A stretch of DNA of 64,000 nt from the NCBI RefSeq assembly GCF_001194135.2, contig NC_068984.1, forward strand, positions 27,705,416 to 27,769,415, given 5' to 3'. The notes under the pieces were generated by a model, which saw nothing but the letters and a program-made list of their open reading frames with translations, searched no databases and had not been told where the DNA came from. Shown here one piece after another: positions 26,676 to 40,109 of the stretch. The first letter of the stretch is position 1, and every line of letters begins with the position of its first letter. The position numbers and the translations under genes are program-made. The DNA comes from Octopus bimaculoides. Its lineage: Eukaryota.

Positions 26676-27559
26676 TATATAAGGAATTACTTTTCTTTTA
26701 AACCATTTAGATAAGCAAACATGGCTATCTACCAGTTTGATCTAGTGTGATGTATTTACTTTTCATTTCCTCACATCTCCTAACGAGCTTATTTTGAGTC
26801 CTTTGCAGTTTTCAATATATAATTTTCTAACTCCATATTTGCTTCGCTATTCCTGGGTTTAACTAACTTTATTATCATAACTGCCTGACCCGATGTTAAT
26901 ATTCTTTGATATTTGTAGAAAAGAAGCACATATAGATACTTTTATATTTTTAATCCTTTGCTTCTGATTGGATAAACTTGGATTTTAAATTGCTTGAACA
27001 TTTATGAAGCTGCTGATAAGTATAACCTGAATATTGTTACTAGCTCATGGTTCATTTGTTTTTATTCCATTAGGGGAATACATACTGTTGAATCTGTAAA
27101 CAAGAAGCGTAACTCCATTTGCTTTAAAACTGTGTTGGCATCAGATATTCTGGTATGATTTCTCTTGGATCATATTTACACAGATAGTTGTAAGATTTCT
27201 ACAAGTATGAAACCAAGCACTTACCCAAATTTGCATGCTGGTTGATAGCGTTGCCTTGAAAGTTAAATGCATATTGTATATATNNNNNNNNNNNNNNNNN
27301 NNNNNNNNNNNNNNNNNNNNNNNNNNNNNNNNNNNNNNNNNNNNNNNNNNNNNNNNNNNNNNNNNNNNNNNNNNNNNNNNNNNNNNNNNNNNNNNNNNNN
27401 NNNNNNNNNNNNNNNNNNNNNNNNNTATATATATATATATATATATATATGTATGACATGTATGTAGATACATATTCTTTTATTCTTTTACATGTTTCAG
27501 CCTTGAGGCTGCAGCCATGCTGGGGCACCACCAGTGTTACTTTTTTCTTTCTTTTTCTT

Positions 27560-27872
27560 GCCTAGCTAAGGCATGCACCTTGAGGTTGAGATGATTTTGA
27601 AAAACAACTCGGGTCCAGCTATAGTTCTGGCTTAGATGTGTTCAGCCGTTATTGCTCTGAGGCAGCCTGGCACCACTGCTCTGTTGAGCGAGCATGAAAG
27701 CCATTGCTCTGATCTTGCAGTTCTTCTTGTACTGGATAGGATAGCCATAGCTGAATTGATATTGGTGGCACCTGCCTAAGGTCAGCAGAAGCATTGGCAG
27801 CAGTGATGCACGACGTGTGAGCACACCGCAACTGCCACACACTGCTATTACCATGCACCAAACTTCCAACGT
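27560..27872 (-). mobile_element. Probable RTE LINE 3' remnant
   Basis: The minus frame GSLVHGNSSVWQLR resembles GELxxGKRSxGxxR. EELQDQSN..CQAASEQ*RL resembles WEELAQDR..AEEQR, and NHLNLKVHA resembles the terminal zinc-knuckle end. Confidence 0.45.
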
Positions 27873-27877
27873 GAGTA

Positions 27878-28100
27878 GTAATTGGAGAACTAGGTATTGT
27901 TAGTAAATGCTCAAAGGAGAATCTGGATAAACTGAGATTTTCCGAAAGAGAATTTGATTGGCTAATTTGTACATTACAAGTGCAATCTATGAGTGGAACA
28001 GTAAAAATATGCAAGATTTTTCTCAAGTTCCAGCTTGGGGCACCGTGTATGTGCAATGCATCCGTAGGATAAAACTGACCTGTCTCACAATGGTGAAATT
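27878..28100 (+). mobile_element. RLE-type LINE 3' fragment (second copy of 29018-29375)
   Basis: IGELGIVSKCSKENLDKLRFSEREFDWLICTLQVQSMSGTVKICKIFLKF aligns with 29023-29180. Confidence 0.75.
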
Positions 28101-28787
28101 GATATGACATTTTGGCAGTAAGCTGTCCCATATTAGAACAAACTCCAATGTTGTTTAATCAACTTTTTGTTTTTTACTGAAGCATATCACAATATTTATA
28201 TAATAACATAGTTGTTTGCCTGTGGTGTATTGTGCCATGAGTAGAGAATAGTTCACTGTTGCATTAATAATAGAAATGAAAAGCTTTGTGTAAGTGGCAT
28301 GAAAAGTACTCTGCCCTTCATAGTTGATGATTCCTTTAATCTAGGATTGAGTAACAACAAGGAATTTCTCTTACAGACAGGTTGTCTGTGCAACCTATGT
28401 GCCTCTCTGGCATGTTAGTGCCTAAGAATTGACCAGCTACTTATTTGTGTGATAAGAAGTGAGGATACTGTGTTCATGGTACGTGCTTGGAGAAGTGCAT
28501 TGAAGACAAAGTACTTCTTTTAAACACGGTGAGCAGTGACCAAGAATTCTGTGTCCACCTCTCTTTTCTGGAACCATTTCAAACCCCTGCATTAATTCTG
28601 GTGTGCTTTCACTTTATAACTCCTGTTTATGCAGGAACATCTGGAGCATTCGATAATTTAGGGTGATATATCTGCAAACTGATTGGTTGATATTTAGAGC
28701 ACATCACCTGATCTAAGTGTGGTTTGAGCCTAGTTACTAAAACTGTAAGGTTCTAATTCTAGGTTTTTCTACACATACATATGTACG

Positions 28788-28849
<62 letters not shown>

Positions 28850-28884
28850 TGGATGGATGCATGCATGCATACATGCAAGCATGC

Positions 28885-29375
28885 TGTACTATCATAGAGG
28901 TCAACTGCCCTGCAGATATAAATATCTCTTTGAAAATCAAAGAAAAAGAGAATATCTATGGTCAACTGCTTCAAAACCTCTAACTTCTATATCCAGACTA
29001 TGAATTCATATTCATACCAATAACAATTGGAGAACTAGGTTTTGTTAGTAAATGCTTAAAGGAGAATCTGGATAAACTGGTATTTTCAGAAAGAGAATTC
29101 AACCAGATAATTCGTACACTACAAGTGCAATCTGTGAATGGAACAGTAAAAATATGCAAGACTCTTCTTAAGTTCCAAATGTGAATTTGTCTGTGTTAAC
29201 TACATCCCAAAGACGGAGCCGTGTATCTTTGTTGGAAACCAGCTCCCTCCTCAGTGGAAGATTTATAATAATCAAAAAATAGAAGAGACATACATATATA
29301 CATACATACACACAGGCACCCATAGATGCATACATGCACACACATGCATACGTAGGGGTGGATGAAATCATATCT
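28885..29375 (+). mobile_element. RLE (restriction-like endonuclease) LINE C-terminus and 3' UTR
   Basis: IIEVNCPADINISLKIKEKENIYGQLLQNL*LLYPDYEFIFIPITIGELGFVSKCLKENLDKL..GTVKICKTLLKFQM* (stop at 29182-29184). The EVxCPxD, KExxY and PIxxGxLG motifs are typical of R2/R4/NeSL-type endonuclease tails. Confidence 0.8.
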
Positions 29376-31639
29376 TACAATGGCACCTGTAACAAAACAC
29401 GTGTCACTAAAGACACGTCTAATGTGGGTCTTGTATTAGCATGCATATATATATATATTAGACAAAATGAGATAACAAAGCCAAGGGTGTGAAAATTTTT
29501 CAGGTCATTTATAAAGAAAATGATATAGCTATAGTCTTACAGTTGTTTCTGGGATATTATAGATATCCCTTCATCAGAGATAATTTGACAATGATAAGAA
29601 AAAGTTCGAGGCTGTGTGTATCCTCTCTGATGAATCAAAAAATAGTTTACATAAAAACATTCAGATCAGGCAATAAAATTTTTACAATGACAAGAAGATA
29701 AAATTAGTTGATATAAATATATCCAAGTCAAGTAATAGACTTTTGACAAGAAGATAAAATGTGTCTGGTTTGTTGATCAGTGGGTGCTAAAGTTTTAGTC
29801 TCACTGTGATCAGAAACCATAATTGTTTGTAGCATTTTAAATAGAAAAAAATGGTGAGTAGAGAAATAACAGATCATTTATAGTTCTCATATCTGGTTGT
29901 AGGATCTCGCATCTGGATGGAATTTAATACTTACCACTATTTTATACAAAGATGGTGGCTCAAAATTGCCTTCTTTTTAAAGAACAATGTGGTTGGTTGA
30001 TGCCAGTCACATGATCAAAAGATGGTTCTGTTTCTGAAAAACGGTGACTTACAATTGCTTTCTATCTAAAAACAGTTTGGGTTGTTGATGGCAGTCACAT
30101 GATCAAATGGTAGTTCACCATTGTTCTGATTTCTAATAGCTGTTGTGTAGCCAAGAAAGGCTTGTTTGGTGAGTGGGTTCTGTTATGGTTCAGTAGTTTT
30201 GGCAGGTGTTTTTGAGTTTATATGTATGACCCATAAGTAAATATATATACATATATATATATATATGTAATCACTGTCATAATTTAACATCCGCTCTTCT
30301 ATGGAGAAATGAATTGGATGGGTCATACTTCCAATTCTGGGATGATTTTTATGGCTAGATGCCCATTTGATTACCAACCATTTTATCGGATGCACTTGGT
30401 CAAGTTTATCTTATCACCACCACTGAAGAGGTTGCCTTACTTTCAGCAAGACGAATGTATTTTCTTTACACTTCATTGCGTACTTCTTTCATTCATTAGT
30501 ACTGTGAACATCTTGTCCTCAGCTGATAAACCAGAGAGTGATGAAAGAGAACCATAACAAATGGATGATAATAGAGAATAACAGAAAAGTATGAAAATAA
30601 TTGGCAAGAATGTTAAAGGAGTGAGTAATAAATGAGTATACAAGAATTGGTGGTAATTAGTTTCATGATTGACAAAGAAAGCATAAGAGGAGGGGAAAAG
30701 AGAGTATTGAAAGTGAGGAATATGATGAGAAGACTGATAAAGCTTTTAATTTCGCTATATATAATTGAGGTAGTGTTATCTATTCTGTTATGAAGTAGCC
30801 AAATTCTTAACTAAAACAAATGAAATTATTTCACTGATCTTTAAAGTGTTCATTTTGATTTTTACATTGAGAGGGTGCAAGCTCTTATTTTTAACTTCTG
30901 TTGCTTTATAGCTATAGATACCCATGGCAAAGACTTTAGGAGTGAATCTTGAGGAAAAAATCTGAAACTGAACTCCCTAATGCATCCAACGTTGCTTTAA
31001 CACATTTCTAGTTGAGTTAACTATGCTTTTAGTACTAGTAAACTTTTGCAAGAGTAAACCAACTGGTCACTGATACACTGACTACTCCATATAACAGCTT
31101 TAAATGTATGTTGCTGGAGAATGACAGAAAATGAATCATCTGCAGATGTATAAACTGATAAAGAAACCATTTAACTTGATCTCTTCTCAAGCAATTTTGA
31201 CATAGACAAGAATATGCTCTTAAACTAATATAGATATATGTTTTGAAGGAAGTGTCATTTTAATAAAGAATTTTGTTTGAATGTGAAATTGCATTTCACT
31301 TATATGAAGAAATATCAAGGAGAAATAACATTCATTGAAGGTGTGTTCAACTATTCATTGGGAGTAATTATGATTTGATGTGTTCTTCTTTACAGTATAA
31401 TCATGGTTTTCCTAACTGCAACCATCAAAGATAATTACTATTGGTTTATTGCTGGTCCTGTATTTCTGTGAACATTAAAAGTATTTCATAGCTATGTAAT
31501 TAAAATCAAATAAATATTAGTTTAAACAATAGTCTGCTGTAACTAATTTTACCACACAAAAGCAGTCTGTAGTTTACTTGCTTGTAACATAACATACAGG
31601 CAACTTGTTAATTTAACAAACCAGACCATAAACAAAGTG

Positions 31640-31950
31640 CAGGCACATGGCCTAGTGGCTAGAGCAGTGGATTCGCAATTGAGGGATCGTGGGTTCGAAC
31701 CTCAGACTGGGTGACGTGTGTGTTTATAAGCGAAAAAACCTTAATTCCATGCAGCTCCAGCAGAAGGTAATGGCAAACTTCTGCTGACTCTTTCACCACA
31801 ACTTTCTCTCACTCTTTCCTCCTGCATCTAGCAGCTCACCTGTGATGGCCCAACATTCCATCCAGGTGGGGAACCTATATGCCAATGAAACCAGGAAATC
31901 AGCCCTTATGAGCTAGGCATGGCTCAAGAAGAAACAAACAACAACAAACC
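31640..31950 (+). mobile_element. tRNA-derived SINE, family C, with (CAA)n tail
   Basis: TGGCCTAGTGG A-box, GGTTCGAACC B-box, tail AAACAAACAACAAC. Confidence 0.85.
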
Positions 31951-32649
31951 ATAAACAGATCACGCTTGTACTTATGCATACGTGTGTGTATGTCTGTCTC
32001 TCTGTTTATGTATGTGTATGTATTGTGTTGAGTCAAACGTTCTCCAATGTTTTGGTAACTTATTCATCAAGTAACAACAAAAGCAGTCTAGAATTCAAAA
32101 TAGAAGCCATTGTGTTCCACTGTCTGAAGCCACCTTTTTGCCATTTCTTTGACCCATTGCTAGTACCAGTTCTTGTCCTTCAAGAGGAAGAACTCCTTCA
32201 CTGTAGCTTTATCTCCTCTTGGTGGATAGACCTAGAATATATGGCTATAATAAGCAAAGTGCAGCAAGTGGTGAGGAGAGAGATGTTGGGTATGAGAGGG
32301 TATAACAAGTGGGACATGATTTTTGGATATGAGAGAGTGCCGAGAAAGATAGTAGGTATGTGAAACATTGAAATGTTGCATGGCAGAGGAGAGAGATAGC
32401 TGAAGGTACAGAAAAGAGGTAAAAATAGTGTGGAGTGAGGAAGGGAGGATAATGGGCATAAGAGATCGAGGTGGTTTCAGCAGGGAGGAGGTAACTGGTA
32501 GTACAAAGAAAGTGGGAAGACTAGTGAGTGTCAATACTGCCTTCAAGTGATTACAGTTGCGAAGTAGTACTATGGATAGAGAGGTGATGGGTGGCAGGGT
32601 TTAAGGGGAACGAGATGAAAGGAATGCTTGATGGGGCAGAATGAGTTTT

Positions 32650-32870
32650 CATTATCAACATTATCATCATCACCATTTAACCCCCGTTGTCTATGCTGGC
32701 AGGAGTTGGACGGTGTGACCAGAGCTAGCACACTAAGGTGCTGCACCAGACTCAAGTTTGATTTGGCTTGGTTTCTACTGCTGGATGCCCTTCTCAATGC
32801 CAACCGCTTTACAGTGTACCACATGATGGCATCACATGGGCACTTTTATGTGGCACTGCCACAAGTATTT
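32650..32870 (-). mobile_element. RTE 3' UTR-related repeat
   Basis: CATCATCACCATTTAAC...CTGGATGCCCTTCTCAATGCCAACC is shared with the 290-500 and 63905-64000 copies. Confidence 0.7.
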
Positions 32871-33861
32871 TCCACCACCAGAAGGATCAGTCTTAACACT
32901 TTTGTTGTGGGGTACAGTTTTACACACACAAACACATATGTACATACATACACACACATGCACACATACATATTCATATATGTATATATAAATATTTATG
33001 TATTGTATATATATATATGTATATAAATATATATTTATATATGTATATACGTATGCATATATATATGTGTGTGTATGCATGTATGTATATATGTATGTAT
33101 ATGACCTTTACATTCACAGGCATACATCCATACTAAAAAGTACACTCACAGTAGATTGAGTATTTAAGCTATAATACTGATATTCATGTATTTTAAATCA
33201 ACAGATTTGCACCTAACTCTCTACTTTCTCAAAAGCAATGAATATTTCCAGTCTTTTTCTAGAATCTGAAGTTAGGTTTCAGAGAAGAATTGATTCATTT
33301 GTATAAACTGACACATGATGAGAGAACTCTTATTCAGACTTAAATTCCTTACTGATTAATATGATCACATATTTGTATTCATTTAATACTGTTGAGAAGA
33401 AATATTTCACTTTTGTAATTTCATAATCTTAATAACTCTGGGAATAAGCCTCTACTAATAAGCCTCTTCCACCATTGAAATATATTTTCTCTTTTGATTA
33501 TGAATAATATTACTGCATTTAACAGATAATATGATAGAGCTCATCAATTCTGACAGGCTTTTTTTTGAATGACTACTTGTCTGTCCTAAACCCTGGCATT
33601 ATTTTTCGAAGATGTAACCTGATTGTCTGGAACAATTTTTAGAATATATATGCACCTTATAAAAGCCCAAATATAGTGATTATCTTATTTACACTGCAGA
33701 AATATTATAATATCTAAATAGTATATATGTATGTCATCGTGTTTACTTTTCTTTATTTTATAATAATATTATCAAATATGAATGTCACATAATCTTGTTT
33801 GCATTTTTAAGCTCTTCCATTACACAGAATTAAAGAAAATTTAATATATTACTTTATGTTT

Positions 33862-34080
33862 AGGTGGCAAGCTGACAGAATTGATACTGCACTGGAGAAA
33901 ATGTTTGGCAGCATTTCTTCTGATTTATCATTCTGATTTCAAATACCACTGGGGTTAACATTGCCTTTCATCCTTTTGGGTTTGATAAAATAAGTACCTG
34001 TAGAACACTGGGGTCGATGTAATTGATTTGACCCCTCCCCTGAAATTGATGGTCTTGTTCTAAAATTTAAAATCAATATA
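33862..34080 (+). mobile_element. tRNA-derived SINE, family B
   Basis: AGGTGGCAAGCTGACAG head and GATAAAATAAGTAC...GGGGTCGATGTAAT core. Confidence 0.75.
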
Positions 34081-34210
34081 TTACTATATGTTTATTTTTA
34101 AAAGGTTATCCTGACTCAGTAAATGATTCAGTTAAATGCATGTTCTCTGAGCAAGTCATTTACCAAACAAGTACCACATCAAAATGGTTTTATTATTCTT
34201 TTCTAATCTA

Positions 34211-34960
34211 GGCACAAGGCCAGAAATATTGGGGGAGGAGGCCAGTCGATTAGATCGACCCCAGTACGCAACTGGTACTTAATTTATCGACCCCGAAAAG
34301 AGGAAATGCAAAGTTGACCTCGGTGGAATTTGAACTCAGAACGAAAAGATAGACGAAATACCGTTAAGCATTTCACACGGCATGCTAATGTTTCTTATTT
34401 CTTTATTGCCTGCAAGTGTTAAACATAGAGGGGACATACAAAGGGATTAAGTTGATTACATCGACCCTAGTGCNNNNNNNNNNNNNNNNNNNNNNNNNNN
34501 NNNNNNNNNNNNNNNNNNNNNNNNNNNNNNNNNNNNNNNNNNNNNNNNNNNNNNNNNNNNNNNNNNNNNNNNNNNNNNNNNNNNNNAGGATGAAAAGCAA
34601 AGTCGACCTTGGTGGAATTTGAACTCAGAACAAAAGGATAGATGAAATACTGTTAAGCATTTCACCTGGCGTGCTAACGTTTCTTATTTCTTTATTCCCC
34701 ACAAGGGGCTAAACATAGAGAGGACAAACAAGGACAAACAAAGGAATTAAGTTGATTACATCGACCCCAGTGCGTAACTAGTACTTAATTTATCAACCCC
34801 CGAAAGGATGAAAAGCAAAGTCGACCTTGGTGGAATTTGAACTCAGAACGTAACGGCAGATGAAATACTGCTAAGCATTTCGTTCAACCTGCTAACGTTT
34901 CTGCCAGCTCACCATCTTTAAAATGGTGTGCTAACATTTATGTCAGCTTGACGCCTTTAA
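34211..34960 (-). mobile_element. Tandem multimer (about 3 units) of SINE family B, spanning a gap
   Basis: GGAATTTGAACTCAGAAC occurs at about 34325, 34614 and 34833 with repeated flanks. Confidence 0.8.
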
Positions 34961-36379
34961 AATGGTTATATTATTGGCTTTAATGTATCATTAAAGATAA
35001 ATTCTTAACATTTACTTCTATCACATTTTTCACAATGCCTGTTAATATTCACCAAGTCATCCTTTAATTGTTGCTGATCTTTTTAGAATAAAACAAAATA
35101 TTTCAAATAGGAATATGAAGGCTGTGCATATGAGAAGTAACAAAATTCTCAACAAAGCATTAATACTTTAGCAACTAAGGATACCATTGGTAGTAGAAGC
35201 CAATGTGTTTTGGCATGGTTGCTTGATCTGCTTGAGATAGCTGCCAAATATTTCTTAAATTCACTGTATCATCTTCAAATCATAAGAAAGTAAAGAAACA
35301 AGAGAGATATTCTGAAAATGTAGTCTTTGATGCACTGTCTGTAAAAAGTGGGGGTGGTCGTTTCTGGAATGTCTTTCATCAAAGTTCTGATAGATAAGGG
35401 TAAATCTAGAGGCTACATAACAATGATAAACAATTATAATAATTAAAGCTAAACTAGTTTTCCATGAGCTGCTAACTAGACTGTGCATCGTTTCCTAGAT
35501 ATATGAGTTTGTTTTGTTTTTCCTTTCGTCCTACCTTTACTGGGTTTGTCTTTTCTTTTGTTTTTATTATTTCATTATCCACTTTCTAATTCAATTTACG
35601 TGCTGACTTCTTTTAGACAGAATGTATCTTCTATTTTAGCTATTTGAATGGCTAAACATTCAGTTTGGCAGATATTCATTTATCAAGTTGGATATCTTAG
35701 GTGAAATTTGATTGAAAAAAAAAGTAAAATATATAAACAATGAGAAACACTAAAAATAAACAAAACCTATAAGTAAATGAATGAATAAAAAAATAAAGTA
35801 ATGAGTAAGCAGATAAAAGCTGCCTAAAATTCTTGCCAAACAATTTCAGTAATTCCTCAGCCTCCAAGTCAGACCAAATAACTCCAATAGCAATACTCAA
35901 TGTGTTTTTTAGTTTTTCTTTAGTTTATCACAACATGTCTCTGCACCAATTCCACATGACTGTCTTTTAAAAATTCTACTAAATGAAGTAAGATTTTCAC
36001 AGTAAATGCAAAACTACTTAGTCTAATAAATCAAATGTATTCTGTTTATATTTTTCATTTCTAAACGAGGTAAAAGACTTTTCAGAACCACACACTGTGT
36101 CCTACAAATACATATTGTCTGAAATTAAACTGAGTTTCTTTTTTTTTTTCCTTATTTCATTTTTTATCCCCAATAATATTTGCAGTTTGTTATGATATAC
36201 ATCTGACTTTTAACAGCAAAACTGAAAAAATAACACTGCATTACATGAATTTTGTTCTTGGGTAGCAATTGCTATTTCTTATTTTCTTACTCCTCAAAAG
36301 TATGAAAAATGGCAATATTTCCTTCAAACTTTGCTTTTATTACATTTATTCAAACCCCAAAGAATCCCTCTTAATACAT

Positions 36380-36574
36380 GGTTATGATGCTCCTACCACT
36401 CCGGTGTGCTATGTGCCATTACATAGTGTGCTATGTGTCATTACATGAAGTGATTACAGAGCAATGTAAGATAAAGTGTTTTACTCAAGAACACAATGCA
36501 CCACCTGGTCTGAGAATTGAAACCACAATCTTGTGATCATGAGTGCAACACCCTAACCACTAGGCCATGTATCC
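36380..36574 (-). mobile_element. tRNA-derived SINE fragment
   Basis: The minus strand begins GGCCTAGTGGTTAGGGTG..GGTTTCAATTCTC; there is an internal 22-bp tandem duplication at about 36403-36445. Confidence 0.7.
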
Positions 36575-36604
36575 TAATAATACTAATAGTAATAATAATA
36601 ATAA

Positions 36605-37091
36605 CTATCTTCTGGGATTTTCCACTCAACACTAACAGAATGATCAGGCTAATCAACCAGACTTAGTCAATAAAGACAGAGAAGAAAATTCCAATATTTG
36701 TAAAGGAATTTGAGAAATTAAGTAAATATAAAGACCTGGAAATTGAAATACAAAAGATGTGGCATTTTAAAGCAAGAACTGTTCCTGTTATTGTGGGTGC
36801 CCTAGACATGATAAGAAAGGGATGTCAGAAACATCTAGATAAGATCCCAGGAGAACCATGTCTCAGAGAAATCCAAAAGATTGTAGTGACAAGTACAGCC
36901 CACATCCTTAGAAAAACACTATCAATTAAAATATCTGTGTTCTATATTACATGAAGATATTTTGCTATTGCTCCTTCCACTTCCGCTCCCTGAGCTTTCA
37001 GTCATACTGTAACATCTCTTATCCTTCATTCACCCTAGGACACTGGGTGTGTCTCGGTGAGTGCCTGTAACAAACATACAGATTAAAAGTA

Positions 37092-37135
<44 letters not shown>
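36605..37135 (+). mobile_element. R4/Dong LINE 3' fragment (RLE domain, UTR, (TAA)n tail)
   Basis: FWDFPLNT..ANQPDLV..EFEKLSKYKDLEIEIQKMWHFKARTVPVIVGALDMIRKG..TSTAHILRKTLS; (TAA)n tracts lie on both sides. Confidence 0.88.
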
Positions 37136-37136
<1 letters not shown>

Positions 37137-37835
37137 GATTGTTTCTGATTTTGGCACAAAGGCAGGAATAATGAAAGAAGCAGGTTAGTTGATTACATCA
37201 ATACCCAAATAATGGTTTCTAACAGTGGGAAAGGGGCATACATTTCATAAAAGGATATAGTACTCCAAGTACTTGACAGATGAAGTACAGAGTTGATAAC
37301 TAGATATGGTTGATTCAGCTCTAGATAAAAATAAAAGTAAAGTGGTCCACTCTGCTGGGTGGTTGATGTTGGGAAGGGCCTCCAGCCATAAAAAACCCTA
37401 CCAAAACAGACACAGAAGTATGGTGCAGGCCCCAGCCTGGCCAGTTCCCATCAAACCGTCCAACCCATGCCAGCATGGACAACAGACGTTAAAGAATGAT
37501 GATGATGATGATGGTCTATGATAGAATTTGAAACCAGAACATTTAAGTATGAAACTTAATGCACTAAGGTAATTTGGGCTCTTTATAGTGGTTTCCAACT
37601 TAAGTACAAATCCATCAAATTTGAGAAGGGAAGGTGTAGTCAATACTGTCAGCCCCAGTATTTGACTGGTGCTTTATTTTTATCAGCTCCAGAGGGATGA
37701 AAGGCAAGGTTGACATCAGCAGGATCTGAACTCTGAATATAAAGGGTTATAACGAATGCTACAAAGCATTTTTCGCAATGCTCTCATGATTTGCCAGCTC
37801 ACTGCCTTTTTTGGTTCTTTATAGTGTTGTCACTT

Positions 37836-37925
37836 CTTCATCTTCTTCTTCTTCTTCTTCTTCTTCTTCTTCTTCTTCTTCTTCTTCTTTTTCTCATTAT
37901 TATTATTATTATTATTATTATTGTC
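37836..37925. repeat. (TCT)n followed by (TAT)n microsatellite
   Basis: Directly visible. Confidence 0.95.
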
Positions 37926-39765
37926 ATCATTAATAATAATAAAGATAATAATAAATAAATAAATAAATATATAAATAAATTTAAATAGTGAACCACTTTT
38001 TCAATTTTCTTCCCATTTCATAAATATCAGTTTAAATATTATTTCTAAAATAAGATTTTCTGATTCAGCACAATTTTACATGTATGTGTCAAAAGTAGGT
38101 TTAATACTGTTTTCTGGCTTCCTAACCTTATAAGGTACATTTTATTTTGTTTTAAACATTTCTTATTTTACATGATACTAGCAGAACAGAATATTATATA
38201 CTGTACTACTTATATTTTCTATCAAGGGGAAAATTGATTCAGAAGCAAATACCAAAACATGGAGTTGTTCAAATAAAATGAAGGTGAAACCTTTGAGCAA
38301 TACAGACAAAAAAGTGTTTTTTTCATTTCTAAATATTTTATTTTCCCTACATCTTTATGAAAAAAGATAAAACTTATAATATTGATTTTTTTTTGTGTGT
38401 AGTTACTAGAATTTATATTTATATTGGAGGGAAAATAAAAGTGTCTCTGTTAGGGGCATCAGCAATGTGAGTAAAATACTACAACTAGCAATCAAAACTA
38501 GGCCACACAGGAAATATCAAGAAACTTGCCTCTATTTTGCCAATATCGAAAAGCAAAACTAATTCCTCAACAGAAGGTGGAAAACTCTTGCAGAATTTAA
38601 AATGAGAATTTATGACATTCATGCATTTATCAAATGAAGTGTTTCCAGCTGGATAGGAAGTGTTGCCATTTTAGAGCAATGGGTTCATTATTTTGGCCAA
38701 TATCTAACTGGCTGTATATTTGTTGACCCATACATGTATGAAGACAAGTAGTTCAAACAGTAGAATAAGTTTTATGAAGTGAGGCAGAAGAAAACTCTAA
38801 TATTTCTAAACAAAAACCTTTGGCAGAGACAAACATGTAGTAGAAAATAACAGAATACATGCATGTCAAATGACAGTATTTTCATAGTACCATCACGTTA
38901 GGAGAGCAGTGTCAAGAATCACAAAACACTGTGGATGAATTCATTTTGAATGGCTGATCTAGATTAGTTTTCTACAATGGTTTCCATTTTCACTACTCTG
39001 CTTGTGATTTCTAAATAACATTACTTGTAATGATTTTTGGATGAATCTAGAAAATTGGGATCAGGCATGACTCTATGATTAAGCTTGCTTCACAAATACA
39101 ATGTTTTGTACTTGATCCCACAGCTCAGAACCTTGAGTACATGCTTTCATCCGAATATTTGGCTACAACAAAGCCTTCAAACTGAACATCAGTAAATAGA
39201 AACTATGTAGAAGAGGTCCATCGGAGAAATTGTTTTCTTGTTATTGAGTCATTACTTAATTCTTGGCAGACTTAATTCATTATTTGGTTGAGAAAACAAC
39301 CCTCTCTGTTGTGCGTCTTTAGTGGAGTGAACCTTGTTGCAAGCTTTCAGGCCAGGATTTTGTTCATAGACCAATATCTTTGCTTTCTTTGAGCAACCTA
39401 AGATGCCCTGGAAAAGGTCACGAGTACTGTCAGCAAACGTGACAAAAAACTTTGGGTTAGTATAGCATCACTGGAAATAATTTATGATTTTACTGAGGAA
39501 TATGCTTATTCAATTACCTACTTTGTTTTTATTTTGAATCGCTTTTCTCAAGAAGCAACAGATTTATAGGAGCAATTGGAATAAATTTATTGAAGTATTG
39601 GTTGCAGGAGGCTGTTTTGATTTTTTTGTGTTGCTAAATAATTTATTATTTTCTCTTTCTATTTTACTTACATTTCCCAAATCAGGTTTATCTTTCTCTA
39701 AAACATCACTTTCACTCTCTGCTTCAAACACACACATGTACACAGATGCACACACACACACAAAT

Positions 39766-39796
<31 letters not shown>

Positions 39797-39959
39797 TGCA
39801 TATAGACATACATACACACCAACAAACACACATGTATGCACACACAGATTTGATAGAATAAACAAGAGAATCAAGACTCATTACATGTGTATAAATACTT
39901 TTATATATTTTAATCAGCAGAAACTAACAAAAGTAACTCAAAGCATGCTACTTATCAAA

Positions 39960-39994
<35 letters not shown>

Positions 39995-40078
39995 TAAATA
40001 TCGGTAGGCAAGTATATAAGTACAGATACATCACTTTCTCTCTTTCTATTTCTCTCTCTCTCTCTCTCTCTCTCTACC

Positions 40079-40109
<31 letters not shown>

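Noticed and set aside
29990-30115. About 35-bp imperfect direct repeat (GATGxCAGTCACATGATCAAA)
   Set aside because: Two copies only, with no further structure.
31640-31720. tRNA-like sequence (also at 7024, 48666 and 58840-58911)
   Set aside because: These are SINE heads with A/B boxes that continue into SINE bodies; I see no complete cloverleaf, so they are not called tRNA genes.
32080-32560. Possible CR1/L2 remnant (similar hints at 47660-47790, 49380-49520 and 53560-53700)
   Set aside because: Motif similarity is too decayed to call by eye.
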